Source: a virus. Taken from it: DNA of 64,000 nucleotides. The position numbers and the translations under genes were made by a program. This document shows, piece by piece, positions 20,001-29,267 of the stretch. The first letter of the stretch is position 1, and each line of letters begins with the position of its first letter. The stretch lies in the IMG/VR virus record IMGVR_UViG_3300021961_008157. One strand, given 5' to 3'. Below the pieces are notes generated by a model that made no database searches, was not told the DNA's origin, and saw nothing but the letters and a program-made list of their open reading frames with translations.

Positions 20001-23000
20001 TTGGCTTCCAGCCCCGCGAGTATATGGCAGCGTTAAATCTTGACGATGTTAGTCAAGTTAACTTGTATCAACAATTTATCAGGAGCAAAGGCACAGTATT
20101 AAGTGCCGAAATATTCACCGGCGCCAATCTTGGCAAAGAAGTTGCTGACTACAAAATTTATGAAAACTGGGCAATTCTTCGCGGCACATATGGTGCCAAT
20201 GCAAATCGCAGCTATTTTGAATTAAGACTAAACGAAGCATTGCTACAAAGCGATCCTGCTACCATACAAGTGATTGAAGTTGGTGAGTCAAGCGTGGCCA
20301 ACCAAACGGTGTTATTAAATGATGTTTGGCGTGAAAGTTATAAATTAACTTCTCCAGATATTTTACCCACAACTACCACAGTTGACACAGATACTGCTTT
20401 GCCTAGCGCAGGCTATGTTAATATTGATGACGTTGATATTACAGTATTTTCTTTAGATGATCCCAGTGCTATTGCTGCGGATCTTGACAATGTAGGCGAT
20501 GGCACGAGAATTTGGGTAGCCAAAACCAATAGTTATGATTGGAATGTATATCGCGCAACTCAAACTCCGGGTAAGGTTACTCGTGTCAGTGATAATCTTG
20601 ACGGCACAAGTTTAGTAACATTCTCGGCCGTGCACAATCTGCGTCGTGGAGACTTGTTGATTGTGCGCTATTTCAATGAATCCTTTAATGGTGTGTATCG
20701 TGTATTAACTACACCAAAACCCACTACACTAACAGTTGCTTATGTCTTCCCCAACGGCAATCAAACAGTCGCAACGGGCACTGGCCTGGGCTTTTTCCTG
20801 GATACTATGCGTGTATCTCAAGCCAGTGACATTACCACATTGTCATACGCTAACGATTTAACACCCGGCTCATTGGCTTGGGTTGATAACAATGGCTCGG
20901 GACTGTGGCAAGTGTTAGAAAAACAAAATGTATTTGACGACAGTTTTTCATTAACACAGCAAAGGCCAGTGGAAAACGCTGGCTATGGCACCAGTGTTGC
21001 TCAAACATATAACAACTTGGGTGCACTGGTCGGCGCCCCCACATACTACAATGATTCAACAAGTACTGAAACAGGTGTTCTATATCCTTATGTTCGTGGC
21101 GAAGGCAATACATACATTGAAGATAATTTATTATTTTTAAATGCGCCCGACACTCTTGGATATGGTAATGCCCTTGATTTTGGCGATCAAACCTGGGGAG
21201 TAGCTGGTGCAAGCCTCAGTGCCGCTGGAGTTGGATACGCTTCTGTTATCAACAGAAATGAAGATGGAAGATTTACACAGGCACAACTTTTAGTAGCACC
21301 TGATTATGTTTCAAGTGCCGGCAGTTTTGGTCACGCAGTTGCAATTAGCAAAGATGAACGTATTGTTTATGTTGGCGCACCTGATGAAAATGCCGTTTAT
21401 GCTTATGGCCGCGTAGACACAACACTACAATCTGTAAATTATATTTCTGACGGTGTAACGCAAGAATATAACTATTCTAATTCAATTATCATTGATTATA
21501 CACAACCTGACCAATTGGTAGTTGTAGTCAACAACACAGCACAATTTGAAGGAATCGATTACACAGTAAGCAATACTTCAGTAGTGTTTAATGAGGCGCC
21601 AAATTCTGATTTAAGAATTGTAATAGCAAAGCGCGAGTCAGCACAACTTGATCATCGAGTTTACTACGGAGTGACTCAAGATTCTACATCTGGTAGTGGA
21701 TCAGAAGCAACATTCACAGTTGACCGCACTCGCGGAACTTATGTTGTTTCGTTGATTGCCCCTGGTTTGAACTATAACATTGGTGATACACTGACTATTA
21801 ATGCTGCCACTATTGGTGGGGGAACATCACCGGCTAATGACTTGATTATTACTGTTGATACAGTAACAGTTGGCGGTATTGTTACATTTACGCCATCGGG
21901 ATCTGGAGTTGCTAACACTGATAATTTTGACTTGTCAGAATATTTGTACACAGCAACTGACATTGATTCATTTAGACTCAGTGTAAATGGACAGCTTCAG
22001 CGTCCATACATTGACTATACATTTGCTGGAACCACAGTTACATTTAAACCAGCCACCAATCCAGCTCCTAACGCAGTCATAATGGCTTATGCTGCAACAT
22101 ATTTCAAATACATTAGTAAGATTACAGGACCTGTTGGCAGTGCTAATTTTGGCTACAGCGTTGCTTCATCTACTGATGGGCGGCAAGTGGTCGTTGGCGC
22201 ACCAACTGCGGTTGTTAATGCATTAGAATCTGGCAGTACCTATGTGTATGATCGTAGTGTACTAAGATATCAAATTGGTATTGGCGACACAGGTACAACA
22301 ACTTTTAGTTTACCCGCTGGATGGCAATCACCAGTTAGCGTACTGATCAATGGTGTATTTTTAACCAACGCAGATTATTTTATTAACGGTGGTTTCCAAG
22401 TAATTGGCAATGATGTTGTGCTAACCAGTGCCGTAACATTGGCAGTTGGTGATGTTGTTGAAGTTGAAAGCAATATCTTTAAATTTGTACAACAAATTGT
22501 AACTACTACTGACTGGGATTCGCTAAATCAAACAGCCGACAACAGTCCCATCTATCAAGCACAACTTGGTTGGGCTGTAGATTTGTGCAGTCAAAATTGC
22601 AGCATCTATTCAGGTGAGCCACAAAACACCAACAACAATTCTGGTGCTGTTCAACGCAATGTAAACCAAGCTCGTGTTTATGGAATAATTTCATCTCCAG
22701 TAGCCAATCCAGTGTTAACAAGCGGAGATACAATTCGTGTTAACAACTATGAAGTTGCTGTTCCAGCCAGCCCAAATAACACCGTAGCAGGTTTAGCAAG
22801 CGCAATCAATAGCACCAACAATGGCATTGGCATACCAAATGTCACAGCAACCGTAAGTGATGATTTGCGTTTTACTGCCAACGGCTTTACTAAAACTTTT
22901 GACATTGGTGTAACATATTCTCAGTATGACAATTATACGCCAGTGGTGTATGCTGACGATGTATTACAAGTGTTGGGCGTTGATTACACTTACAACAACA

Positions 23001-26000
23001 GTACTGGCATCATTACATTTGCGACAAATCCTGCAGACAATACTGTAATTCGTGTGGTGTCGGGCATCTTGACCATAAGAGTTATAAATTCTGCTGCTGC
23101 ATTACCCGGAACAAAATTAAATGTACTGCCCGGAATATTGGGTACTGCGTTTGCTGATATTGGTTTTGTCAATTACTCTTATACGCAAACAATTACCAGC
23201 CCCAATCCAACACAATTTGCTCGCTTTGGATCCAGCCTAACCGTTGACTCAACTGCGCTGACTTTGGTCGTTGGTGCGCCCAATGGTAATATGTATGAGC
23301 CAGTAACATTTGATAACAATACCACTTACTTTGATGATCGTAGTACGGTGTTCTCAACTACTATTGTACAAAGCGGTGTGGCTTACACATTTGATTACTT
23401 GCCAAGTGCTGCTGACACAGTTACCAATCCTGGAAAATTTGTATTTGGCCAACAGTTGTACAACAATTTAACACATGAACTTGATGGTTATGGCACGGGA
23501 CTCAGTTACATTACTGGTAAGTTGCTTGTTGGTGCACCCGGCAACGAATTTGAAGACGCCCAGTTTGACAATACAGGTCAAGTAGTCATATATGACAACC
23601 CCACAAGAATACCAGCATGGACAGTTAAACATCAGCAGACACCTGTAGTAGATGTAGCTTTGTTAAACTCTGTTTATATGTATGACAAGTTGGAGTCGCA
23701 GACTACCAACTACTTGGATTTCTTTAATCCGTTACAGGGCAAAATATTGGGTGTGGCTCGTGAAAACATTGATTACATTGGAGCAGTTGATCCAGCCAAT
23801 TACAGCAACGGGCCAATTCGCAATGTAGGCAATCCTTGGGGTGCATCCAGAGTGGGACAAATTTGGTGGGACACTAACTCAGTGCGCTTTATTGATCCCA
23901 ATCAAGATGACATTGTGTACGCCAGCCGTCGCTGGGGACAGACATTCCCGGGCAGTAGGATTGATATCTATCAGTGGATTGAAAGCACGGTGCCCCCGTC
24001 CAATTATACAGGACCCGGAACACCGCTGAGCTTTTTGAGTTATACCACTCGTGTTGAATTAAATTCTGAAAATATTTTTGCTACTCGGTATTATTTCTGG
24101 GTGAGAAATATTTCCACAGTTAATACTGTTGCTGGCAAAAAACTCAGCACCACTGCTATTGCCAATTACATTGAGTATCCTCGTGCCAGCGGTATTGCAT
24201 ATCTTGCACCGCTGAATGCAAGCACAGTGGCTATCTACAATGTGCTTGACCTAATAAGTGCTCAAGATACTATATTGCACATTGAGTATGACCGCCTGGC
24301 TAACAATGACAATGTCCACCAAGAATATGAGTTAATTGCAGCAGATCGTGCTGACAGTTTCTTAAGTGATAATTTGTATCTAAAACTGCAAGACAGTTTC
24401 TCGGGCATCAACGTAGTCGGTGCCAACGTTCCAGATGTTGGTTTAAGTCCAGCTATGCGTTATGGTGTGTCATTCCGCCCGCGCCAAAGTATGTTTGTTG
24501 ACCGTTTTTCGGCACTGAAAAACTATTTGGGACGAGCCAATGCTGTGTTGGCACAATATCCAATATCCGAATCCAAGAGCTTTACACTACTTAACAGCAG
24601 CGAGCCCGAACCCACACCCGGTTCCGGAGCGTGGGACAAGCGGGTGGTTGACCTTGCTGAATTAAGCTATCAAAATTTAACTATTGTTCCATATGGATAC
24701 AAGTATTTGGTAGCGTCCGATTCAAGCAACTCGGGTTTGTGGACAATTTACGAAGTTGTAGCCGGTGCACTACTGAGCTCTAAAGAACTGGCACTAATAC
24801 GTGTTCAAAATTATGACACACGACGCTACTGGAGTTATATTGATTGGTATCTGCCTGGATATAACAAAACACAAAATCCAGTGGCCACAGTGGCCAATTA
24901 TGCTGGACTATCGGGACTTACACTTGGAGTAGCACCTGTTGGATCAAGTGTCAAGGTTTCTAATCAATTGGCCACAGGCAAGTTTGAAATTTATCAACGC
25001 ACTGATCTTGGATGGGATCGTGTGGGACTTGAAGATGGCACAATTGAATTCAGTGAAGCACTTTGGAATTACAATTACAGTGGCGCCAGGTTTGGTTTTG
25101 ACAACGAAGTTTTTGACTCTCAATATTTTGATCAAGAACCAGTAATTGAAACACGTAAAATAATTCAAGCAATCAATGAACAGTTGTTTGTCGACGAACT
25201 ATTGATCGAACGCAATCGCTCACTGGTATTGATGTTTGAATACATTATGAGCGAATTTGCTGCACCTGAATGGTTAATAAAAACCAGCTTGATTGACGTT
25301 GATCATAAGATTCGCAGTCTGCGTCCTTATGAGTTCTATAACAGAGACAATCAAGATTTTGTTTTGAATTATATTCAAGAAGTTAAACCTTACCACACGC
25401 AAATACGCGAGTTTAATTTATCTTACAATGGCATTGACGAGTATCCTGGATCAGTTACTGACTTTGACCTGCCAGCATACTGGGATTCCACGCTAACTGT
25501 GCCTGAATTTATCAGTCCCGTGCTACTGCCGTACACTCAGTCAACAGCAGTCAGCAATACCAACTTTAATGCTGACACGCCGTCAAACTCAACACTATGG
25601 GCCAAAACACCGTGGGATGAATGGTATAACAACTATACATTAAGCATTCGAAGTGTTGTGATCACCAATGGTGGTTCTGGCTATACTGTAGCGCCAGTGA
25701 TTACTGTTACTGGCGAATGTGTTGAACCTGCTGAAATGACAGCTATAATCAATGGCGCTGGACAAGTTACTGGCGTAATCATTGACAACTATGGCAGTGG
25801 TTACACAAGCACAGCCATAATAACGTTCACTGGCGGTAACGGTACTGGTGCTGCTGCTGCGGTAACAATGGGCAACAGTTTAGTACGACAGTTTACTACA
25901 GTTATCAAGTATGACCGTTATGAATACTCGTCTGATATTGTTGAGTGGGAACCAGATACAGAATACAGCGCGGGTACACTTGTGCGCTATTTAGATCGCG

Positions 26001-28471
26001 TATGGTCCGCTAACTCTACTGTTCAAAGCAGCACATTTGATCCTGACGAATGGACAGCGGTCAATCCAGCATTCCTAAGTGGTGTTAACCGTACAATGGG
26101 TTTTTATACACCAACTGCCAACCAGACTGGGTTAAGTTTGCCTTTGTTGATTAACGGTATTGAATATCCTGGGGTACAAATGTATGGCGTGGGATACAAT
26201 CAATATCCAGGATTTGATCTTTTACCGTATGATACTGCACCTTTTGACAACGTGACGTTTGGGCCCGAAGGTCAACCAACGTATGATCAATCTATTTTAG
26301 ATGCCATATACACCAGCGAGTACAGTGACATATATTTAGGTATACTACCCACAAGCATTAATGCTGACGGTGGTGCATATATTGACACGTATTCAAGCCA
26401 CGCACCCGAAGAATTAATTCCGGGCAGCGAATTTGACACACTTGATCTACGTGTTTACACAACTCCGGGCGCTGATTGGGCACGCGATGGACACGGATTC
26501 CGCATTGAAGTTAAGAAATATGTCGTTACTGCTACCCCCGACACATTTAGCTTTGCTGGTGTAACACCAGTTCCGGCTACTATGCTGGTTGCCAACCAAA
26601 CTACAGGCTTGTTGTTGCACGTTGGTACAGACTACACAGCCGATTGGGCCAATAGTTCTATTACCGTAATCGCCGGTGCTACTGCTGGTGACGAAATTGT
26701 AATTTCTTTATATCAAATTGGTGGCGGCAATCAGTTGTTTAAACAGCCATACAACGGCGACGAAGTTGGTAACTCTTTAGTAGTGCCGGTACAATACTCG
26801 TTGATTGAAGAATTTGTTATATTTGTCAATGGCGTGTTGATTACCAATTATACATATGCTCAAGATGGAATTGGTACCTTATTGACTTTTGGTGACACTT
26901 ATACCGCAGACGATTATCTAATGATCGCAGCCATTGGCCCAACCACAATTGACGAAACAACTGTTGATTACAGTTGGTCAGTGCCAGTTACGCAATACAT
27001 TGTTGGTGTTGCTGACCAATACCTGTACACACTAACCAACAGTATGGAATATGTCAATCCCGACAACCTATACATTACTATCAACGGACAACGTGTTAGA
27101 ACTTCTGCTGGTGCAGAGTACTATGCTGACGGTACCAGCGAATATTGGTTGCCGACTCGTTTAGGATTTAGTCAACAAATTATTGCTGACAACGAAGTTC
27201 GTGTGTATGTAGATGACATTCCACAGATACTTAACATAGATTATTTGGTTGAGCCATATGATCCTCTACATCCTGAAGATCGTCGAGCAGTACAATTTGC
27301 AGTCACACCATCGTCCGGCGAACGAATTTTAATTTGTGTCACTACTGATGCGGAAGCAACTGTAACAGGTAACCAGTTGTTGTTTAATCAATATGGTGGG
27401 TTTGTTCCATCTGATGGCGATATCATTACGGTAACCAGTTGGAATGATACACGGCAGCAAAATATACTGACGCAGGTATATGTAGGTTCTGTAGGCGGCG
27501 AGCAAACCAACGTGGAACCATTTGACAGCCTTGGGTATGACGTTGGAACTGTTACTGGCGACCCAGGATCATTTGATTACAGCGAAACTCAAGCAGTTTC
27601 TCTAAACAACTTATTCCTTAGCCACGCAAATGTTGATGCAGATCGATTGTTTGTCACGTTAAATGGAGAATTAATATTCAACAACGTTGATTATACCGTT
27701 GTCAACAATGAAATTATACTAGCAGGTGGTTACATTTTATCCCCCACTGATGTAATAATGATTACTGAATTTACATCGAGTATTGCACCCGAGTCAATGG
27801 CATTCCGCATATTCCAAGACATGCGCGGCGTACAAGCAACGTATCGTATTACACCAGCAACTACTACATACTTGACTCAACCTCTTGGTGCAACTGATGA
27901 TGTAATTTATGTGTACAATGCTGCCGCACTTGGCGAGCCAAACTTGCCTGGTAATGTTTGGGGATTGCTGACCATTAATGGCGAAAGAATTATGTATCGC
28001 ACACGCAATACAGTCAACAACACTATTAGTGGATTACGCCGTGGTACTGCTGGTACTGGTGCAGCCGATCACGCCACAGGATCTGATGTTTATGATATCA
28101 GCCGCGGCAATTTATTGCTGCCTCAATATCAAAACTATGTTGTTTCCAACATCACCAATCCGTTAGAATCAGGTGTTAATCTTGGGGACGGATCTACTAC
28201 AACGTTTATTGCCAACGAAATAGATGCTACAGGTACAGCAGCAGCAGTTGAAGTGTATGTAGGCGGTACATTACAAACAAGTGGTTATACAATAACAAGT
28301 GATAATCCTGTAACCGTAGAATTTGATACTGCCCCAGCAGACGGGTCCGAAGTAGCAATATTAGTACGCCGCGGAGTAACGTGGTACGCACCTGGTGTAG
28401 GAACGCCCAGTAACGGTGTTGCGCTACAAGATACTGACACAGATGCAGCAAGGTTTTTACGGGGCGAATAA
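14057..28471 (+). CDS. Giant (4804 aa) virion structural protein, gp7-like baseplate wedge with appended adhesin-type modules
   Basis: Follows gp6. N-terminal FLPEIFQT..NKQFL; internal YIQEVKPYHT; FG-GAP-like propeller repeats; two chitin-binding-like W-x5-Y-x2-G motifs; many Ig-like repeats. Confidence 0.75.
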   Translation: MAKVRTVDFLPEIFQTSTNKQFLAATLDQLVQEPKFKKTQGFVGRRVGPGVNADSRYVVEPTPARANYQLEPGVVMLKPDSDSVEDAITYPGINDALASQGAFTNNSDRLYTSEYYAWNPQIDFDKFVNFSQYYWLPSGPLSVDVGATAVPLTADYTVTRENGVYTFSNYTGNNPAITLVRGGNYTFNVAQNEKETENFRVTSTGISAYVIDYVPNPTLTLVRGNTYIFNLNLDVASPFWIKTAPSQGTGDQYNSGVSRNGAQTGNITFTVPQDAPDTLYYASETQFNMQGTFTIVNGTPGTGPGFWIQMEPGVNGRLPWAPNISSRDVLGVTNNGEDLGTVQFDVPLSTAQSFYYTLNSIGSVDLITNLKFEQVNNQFLSEFFTANPNGIDNIINLNGRTVAFINDAPDDQGGWEIATQFDPLINTGGGIAGAGSFDSVPFAQATPLTQEQRYSIWQIEYVTTTGGQQYIKLNSVLPVENLEKFNVLFGTEYSNTEWYKNAEGVFERIPLLTAIRDVLYYQDGTDPEIFGQIRLLDIENASTIFISDIVGRPTYTSPNGVVFTNGLKIQFRGTTFPAEYENKEYYVEGVGTAIRLLPVSEFVTPETYTESASVPYDSTPYDFGNFDSTDNAPLVPDYITISRASPDTNAWSRSNRWFHIDVINASAAYNNTIPVLNNELRAKRPVIEFNAGTKLFNFGTEGKQPVNIVDFNATDAFSNINGSIGYSTDGYTFITGTRVIFANDADSQVRNKIYEVTFIEPDSVDPLITQPIINLVPASDATVLINQTVVALNGLTQQGKSYYFDGVDWLLAQEKTSVNQAPLFDVFDSDGISFSNQSKYPSSTFVGSKLFSYAIGRGAADPVLNFPIRYLSLANIGDIVFDNNLYTDTFNYVSGTSGVVGQVSDGFVYQYSNRVLYSRKIGWETAATPSQIRQQFQFTYDGRPLQLDIVVPENNVVPPIFLYVANEFVLPSDYTVTRNAETTLITLNNIYVPDSVIEVQVLSDQVSETGFYEVPINLENNPFNANSPTFTLGTVRTHYESIAENLINFSGEINGANNVRDLGNVSRYGTIILQQSAPLTLSGFFMREPEYNIFKSLEFNDREYNKFKNRMLENSILSEWGTLTTSQILDSVITDLGSGKTNVNSFFYSDMIPSGSVYTEVAHTVSPITTGVFDTVQTYTFTSANFLGLLIYLNNNLLTLNYDYTVATDGPRVTVTAPLAIGDVVTIREYTTTTGSFVPNTPTKLGLYPAFKPEKYLDTSYVNPTLVIRGHDGSITAAFGDLRDDILLEFERRIFNNLKLQGNPVPLLPEDVIPGYFRTTDYTSAEVTSILSESFLTWCGQNKIDYKSQQYINNNPFTYNYSQAGDKEKNQPLLGAWRGIYRNFYDTINPALTPWEMLGFSQRPSWWVGRYGPTPYTGDNLILWDDIQAGYIADPDGPYIDEKYRRPNLSTYFIPTGSEGALLPPLSSVVGAYDPNAFRKSWIVGDGGPAEAAWWSSSSYPFAVMRLLALTRPAEFFSLFADRDLYRYDSDLGQYLYNGRYRLDANGVQVYGGHTGTNGSIIPVSKASYINWIVDYNQQLGINSTEALEAALASLDVRLCWRTASFTDKQYLKIYTERSSPDSQNSSLLLPDESYNLLLYKNVPFTSFAYSAAIIQIVENGYAVFGYSTVDPYFNILASRANGQLQVVSAGGSTVRVPKQYTNDIVQVPYGFVFTNQSAVVDFLLSYGQYLANQGLIFGEDRENGYPLDWQQMAREFLYWANQGWGVNSLINLNPAATQLIAERPGAVIDNVMMQNIENIMLDQNRLPFDARNLIIERLENRFSVTSANGQAIAYANLRYTSYENLVILDNVSIFSDLIYNPTTGARQNRVNVTAMTTTEWDGTLNAQGFVLNQDNVQPWAPNRKYAKGEIVNYKNTYWSAETIVQPKREFVYSDWVKSDYTKIQKGLLPNIANKADQLANSYNTQTANLERDNDLLSYGLIGFQPREYMAALNLDDVSQVNLYQQFIRSKGTVLSAEIFTGANLGKEVADYKIYENWAILRGTYGANANRSYFELRLNEALLQSDPATIQVIEVGESSVANQTVLLNDVWRESYKLTSPDILPTTTTVDTDTALPSAGYVNIDDVDITVFSLDDPSAIAADLDNVGDGTRIWVAKTNSYDWNVYRATQTPGKVTRVSDNLDGTSLVTFSAVHNLRRGDLLIVRYFNESFNGVYRVLTTPKPTTLTVAYVFPNGNQTVATGTGLGFFLDTMRVSQASDITTLSYANDLTPGSLAWVDNNGSGLWQVLEKQNVFDDSFSLTQQRPVENAGYGTSVAQTYNNLGALVGAPTYYNDSTSTETGVLYPYVRGEGNTYIEDNLLFLNAPDTLGYGNALDFGDQTWGVAGASLSAAGVGYASVINRNEDGRFTQAQLLVAPDYVSSAGSFGHAVAISKDERIVYVGAPDENAVYAYGRVDTTLQSVNYISDGVTQEYNYSNSIIIDYTQPDQLVVVVNNTAQFEGIDYTVSNTSVVFNEAPNSDLRIVIAKRESAQLDHRVYYGVTQDSTSGSGSEATFTVDRTRGTYVVSLIAPGLNYNIGDTLTINAATIGGGTSPANDLIITVDTVTVGGIVTFTPSGSGVANTDNFDLSEYLYTATDIDSFRLSVNGQLQRPYIDYTFAGTTVTFKPATNPAPNAVIMAYAATYFKYISKITGPVGSANFGYSVASSTDGRQVVVGAPTAVVNALESGSTYVYDRSVLRYQIGIGDTGTTTFSLPAGWQSPVSVLINGVFLTNADYFINGGFQVIGNDVVLTSAVTLAVGDVVEVESNIFKFVQQIVTTTDWDSLNQTADNSPIYQAQLGWAVDLCSQNCSIYSGEPQNTNNNSGAVQRNVNQARVYGIISSPVANPVLTSGDTIRVNNYEVAVPASPNNTVAGLASAINSTNNGIGIPNVTATVSDDLRFTANGFTKTFDIGVTYSQYDNYTPVVYADDVLQVLGVDYTYNNSTGIITFATNPADNTVIRVVSGILTIRVINSAAALPGTKLNVLPGILGTAFADIGFVNYSYTQTITSPNPTQFARFGSSLTVDSTALTLVVGAPNGNMYEPVTFDNNTTYFDDRSTVFSTTIVQSGVAYTFDYLPSAADTVTNPGKFVFGQQLYNNLTHELDGYGTGLSYITGKLLVGAPGNEFEDAQFDNTGQVVIYDNPTRIPAWTVKHQQTPVVDVALLNSVYMYDKLESQTTNYLDFFNPLQGKILGVARENIDYIGAVDPANYSNGPIRNVGNPWGASRVGQIWWDTNSVRFIDPNQDDIVYASRRWGQTFPGSRIDIYQWIESTVPPSNYTGPGTPLSFLSYTTRVELNSENIFATRYYFWVRNISTVNTVAGKKLSTTAIANYIEYPRASGIAYLAPLNASTVAIYNVLDLISAQDTILHIEYDRLANNDNVHQEYELIAADRADSFLSDNLYLKLQDSFSGINVVGANVPDVGLSPAMRYGVSFRPRQSMFVDRFSALKNYLGRANAVLAQYPISESKSFTLLNSSEPEPTPGSGAWDKRVVDLAELSYQNLTIVPYGYKYLVASDSSNSGLWTIYEVVAGALLSSKELALIRVQNYDTRRYWSYIDWYLPGYNKTQNPVATVANYAGLSGLTLGVAPVGSSVKVSNQLATGKFEIYQRTDLGWDRVGLEDGTIEFSEALWNYNYSGARFGFDNEVFDSQYFDQEPVIETRKIIQAINEQLFVDELLIERNRSLVLMFEYIMSEFAAPEWLIKTSLIDVDHKIRSLRPYEFYNRDNQDFVLNYIQEVKPYHTQIREFNLSYNGIDEYPGSVTDFDLPAYWDSTLTVPEFISPVLLPYTQSTAVSNTNFNADTPSNSTLWAKTPWDEWYNNYTLSIRSVVITNGGSGYTVAPVITVTGECVEPAEMTAIINGAGQVTGVIIDNYGSGYTSTAIITFTGGNGTGAAAAVTMGNSLVRQFTTVIKYDRYEYSSDIVEWEPDTEYSAGTLVRYLDRVWSANSTVQSSTFDPDEWTAVNPAFLSGVNRTMGFYTPTANQTGLSLPLLINGIEYPGVQMYGVGYNQYPGFDLLPYDTAPFDNVTFGPEGQPTYDQSILDAIYTSEYSDIYLGILPTSINADGGAYIDTYSSHAPEELIPGSEFDTLDLRVYTTPGADWARDGHGFRIEVKKYVVTATPDTFSFAGVTPVPATMLVANQTTGLLLHVGTDYTADWANSSITVIAGATAGDEIVISLYQIGGGNQLFKQPYNGDEVGNSLVVPVQYSLIEEFVIFVNGVLITNYTYAQDGIGTLLTFGDTYTADDYLMIAAIGPTTIDETTVDYSWSVPVTQYIVGVADQYLYTLTNSMEYVNPDNLYITINGQRVRTSAGAEYYADGTSEYWLPTRLGFSQQIIADNEVRVYVDDIPQILNIDYLVEPYDPLHPEDRRAVQFAVTPSSGERILICVTTDAEATVTGNQLLFNQYGGFVPSDGDIITVTSWNDTRQQNILTQVYVGSVGGEQTNVEPFDSLGYDVGTVTGDPGSFDYSETQAVSLNNLFLSHANVDADRLFVTLNGELIFNNVDYTVVNNEIILAGGYILSPTDVIMITEFTSSIAPESMAFRIFQDMRGVQATYRITPATTTYLTQPLGATDDVIYVYNAAALGEPNLPGNVWGLLTINGERIMYRTRNTVNNTISGLRRGTAGTGAADHATGSDVYDISRGNLLLPQYQNYVVSNITNPLESGVNLGDGSTTTFIANEIDATGTAAAVEVYVGGTLQTSGYTITSDNPVTVEFDTAPADGSEVAILVRRGVTWYAPGVGTPSNGVALQDTDTDAARFLRGE

Positions 28472-28477
28472 GCAAGG

Positions 28478-28483
28478 TAAATA
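28478..28483 (+). promoter_or_regulatory. Late promoter box TAAATA, 4 nt before ATG 28488
   Basis: gTAAATAaagtATG. Confidence 0.55.
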
Positions 28484-28487
28484 AAGT

Positions 28488-28625
28488 ATGACTCAGAATA
28501 CCAAACCTCAACAGCCGGTAGTACCTGCTAAAAAACCCCAAGAAAACGGGACATTTTCTGTTGAAGGGCACATTCGTATTTTTGATCCAAAAACCAAGGA
28601 AGTTATAGTGGAGAAGCGAGCATGA
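28488..28625 (+). CDS. 45-aa small protein, not in the ORF track; similar to the N-terminus of the next gene
   Basis: MTQNTKPQQPVVPAKKPQENGTFSVEGHIRIFDPKTKEVIVEKRA*. Fills the gap, follows TAAATA and overlaps the next start as ATGA. Confidence 0.75.
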   Translation: MTQNTKPQQPVVPAKKPQENGTFSVEGHIRIFDPKTKEVIVEKRA

Positions 28626-29242
28626 TAATTCAGCCAGGTCTAGCCAAAATTGAAGGATTTGTCAAAATACACGATCCTGCTTCTGGCGAAATATTTGTGG
28701 ATAAAAAGAACGCTATTCACTATGAAAATATTTCGTATGCTATGGCGCAGACACTAAGCAACAGAACTTCTGCGCAAGGTGGCGGCTGGATATATTCTAT
28801 GTCGTTTGGTAACGGCGGATCCACAGTAGATCCCACTGGTATTATTACCTATTTGCCCCCAAATACAGTGGGACAAAACGCTAATTTATACAACGAAACT
28901 TACTCTAAAGTAGTTGATGACAATTCTGCTGCTAATACTGATGCCGCCAACAACAAAATGACAGTACTACACACAGCGGGAAAAGTATACACAGATATTT
29001 TGGTAACATGCTTGTTAGATTACGGCGAACCCCCGGGACAACAAGCATTTGATAATAGCACAAATTTTAATGGGGAGTATGTATTTGATGAACTAGGGCT
29101 CAAAACATGGAACGGAAGTGCTACAAATTTGCGATTGATTACCCATGTAATCTTCCACCCAGTACAAAAAAGTTTGAATAGACAAATACAAATTGACTAT
29201 ACGATTCGTATTCAAACTTTAACGAACCTTAGTGCGGCATAA
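28622..29242 (+). CDS. Virion structural protein (baseplate/tail-fibre attachment-like)
   Basis: FDELGL...LITHVIFHPVQKSLNRQIQIDYTIRI C-terminus is typical of tail-fibre/baseplate N-terminal-type domains; located in the structural operon. Confidence 0.6.
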   Translation: MIIQPGLAKIEGFVKIHDPASGEIFVDKKNAIHYENISYAMAQTLSNRTSAQGGGWIYSMSFGNGGSTVDPTGIITYLPPNTVGQNANLYNETYSKVVDDNSAANTDAANNKMTVLHTAGKVYTDILVTCLLDYGEPPGQQAFDNSTNFNGEYVFDELGLKTWNGSATNLRLITHVIFHPVQKSLNRQIQIDYTIRIQTLTNLSAA

Positions 29243-29245
29243 ATA
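29239..29245 (+). promoter_or_regulatory. Late promoter box ATAAATA upstream of the fibre gene
   Basis: gcATAAATAtaattaacGGAGtgagctacaaATG. Confidence 0.55.
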
Positions 29246-29267
29246 TAATTAACGGAGTGAGCTACAA

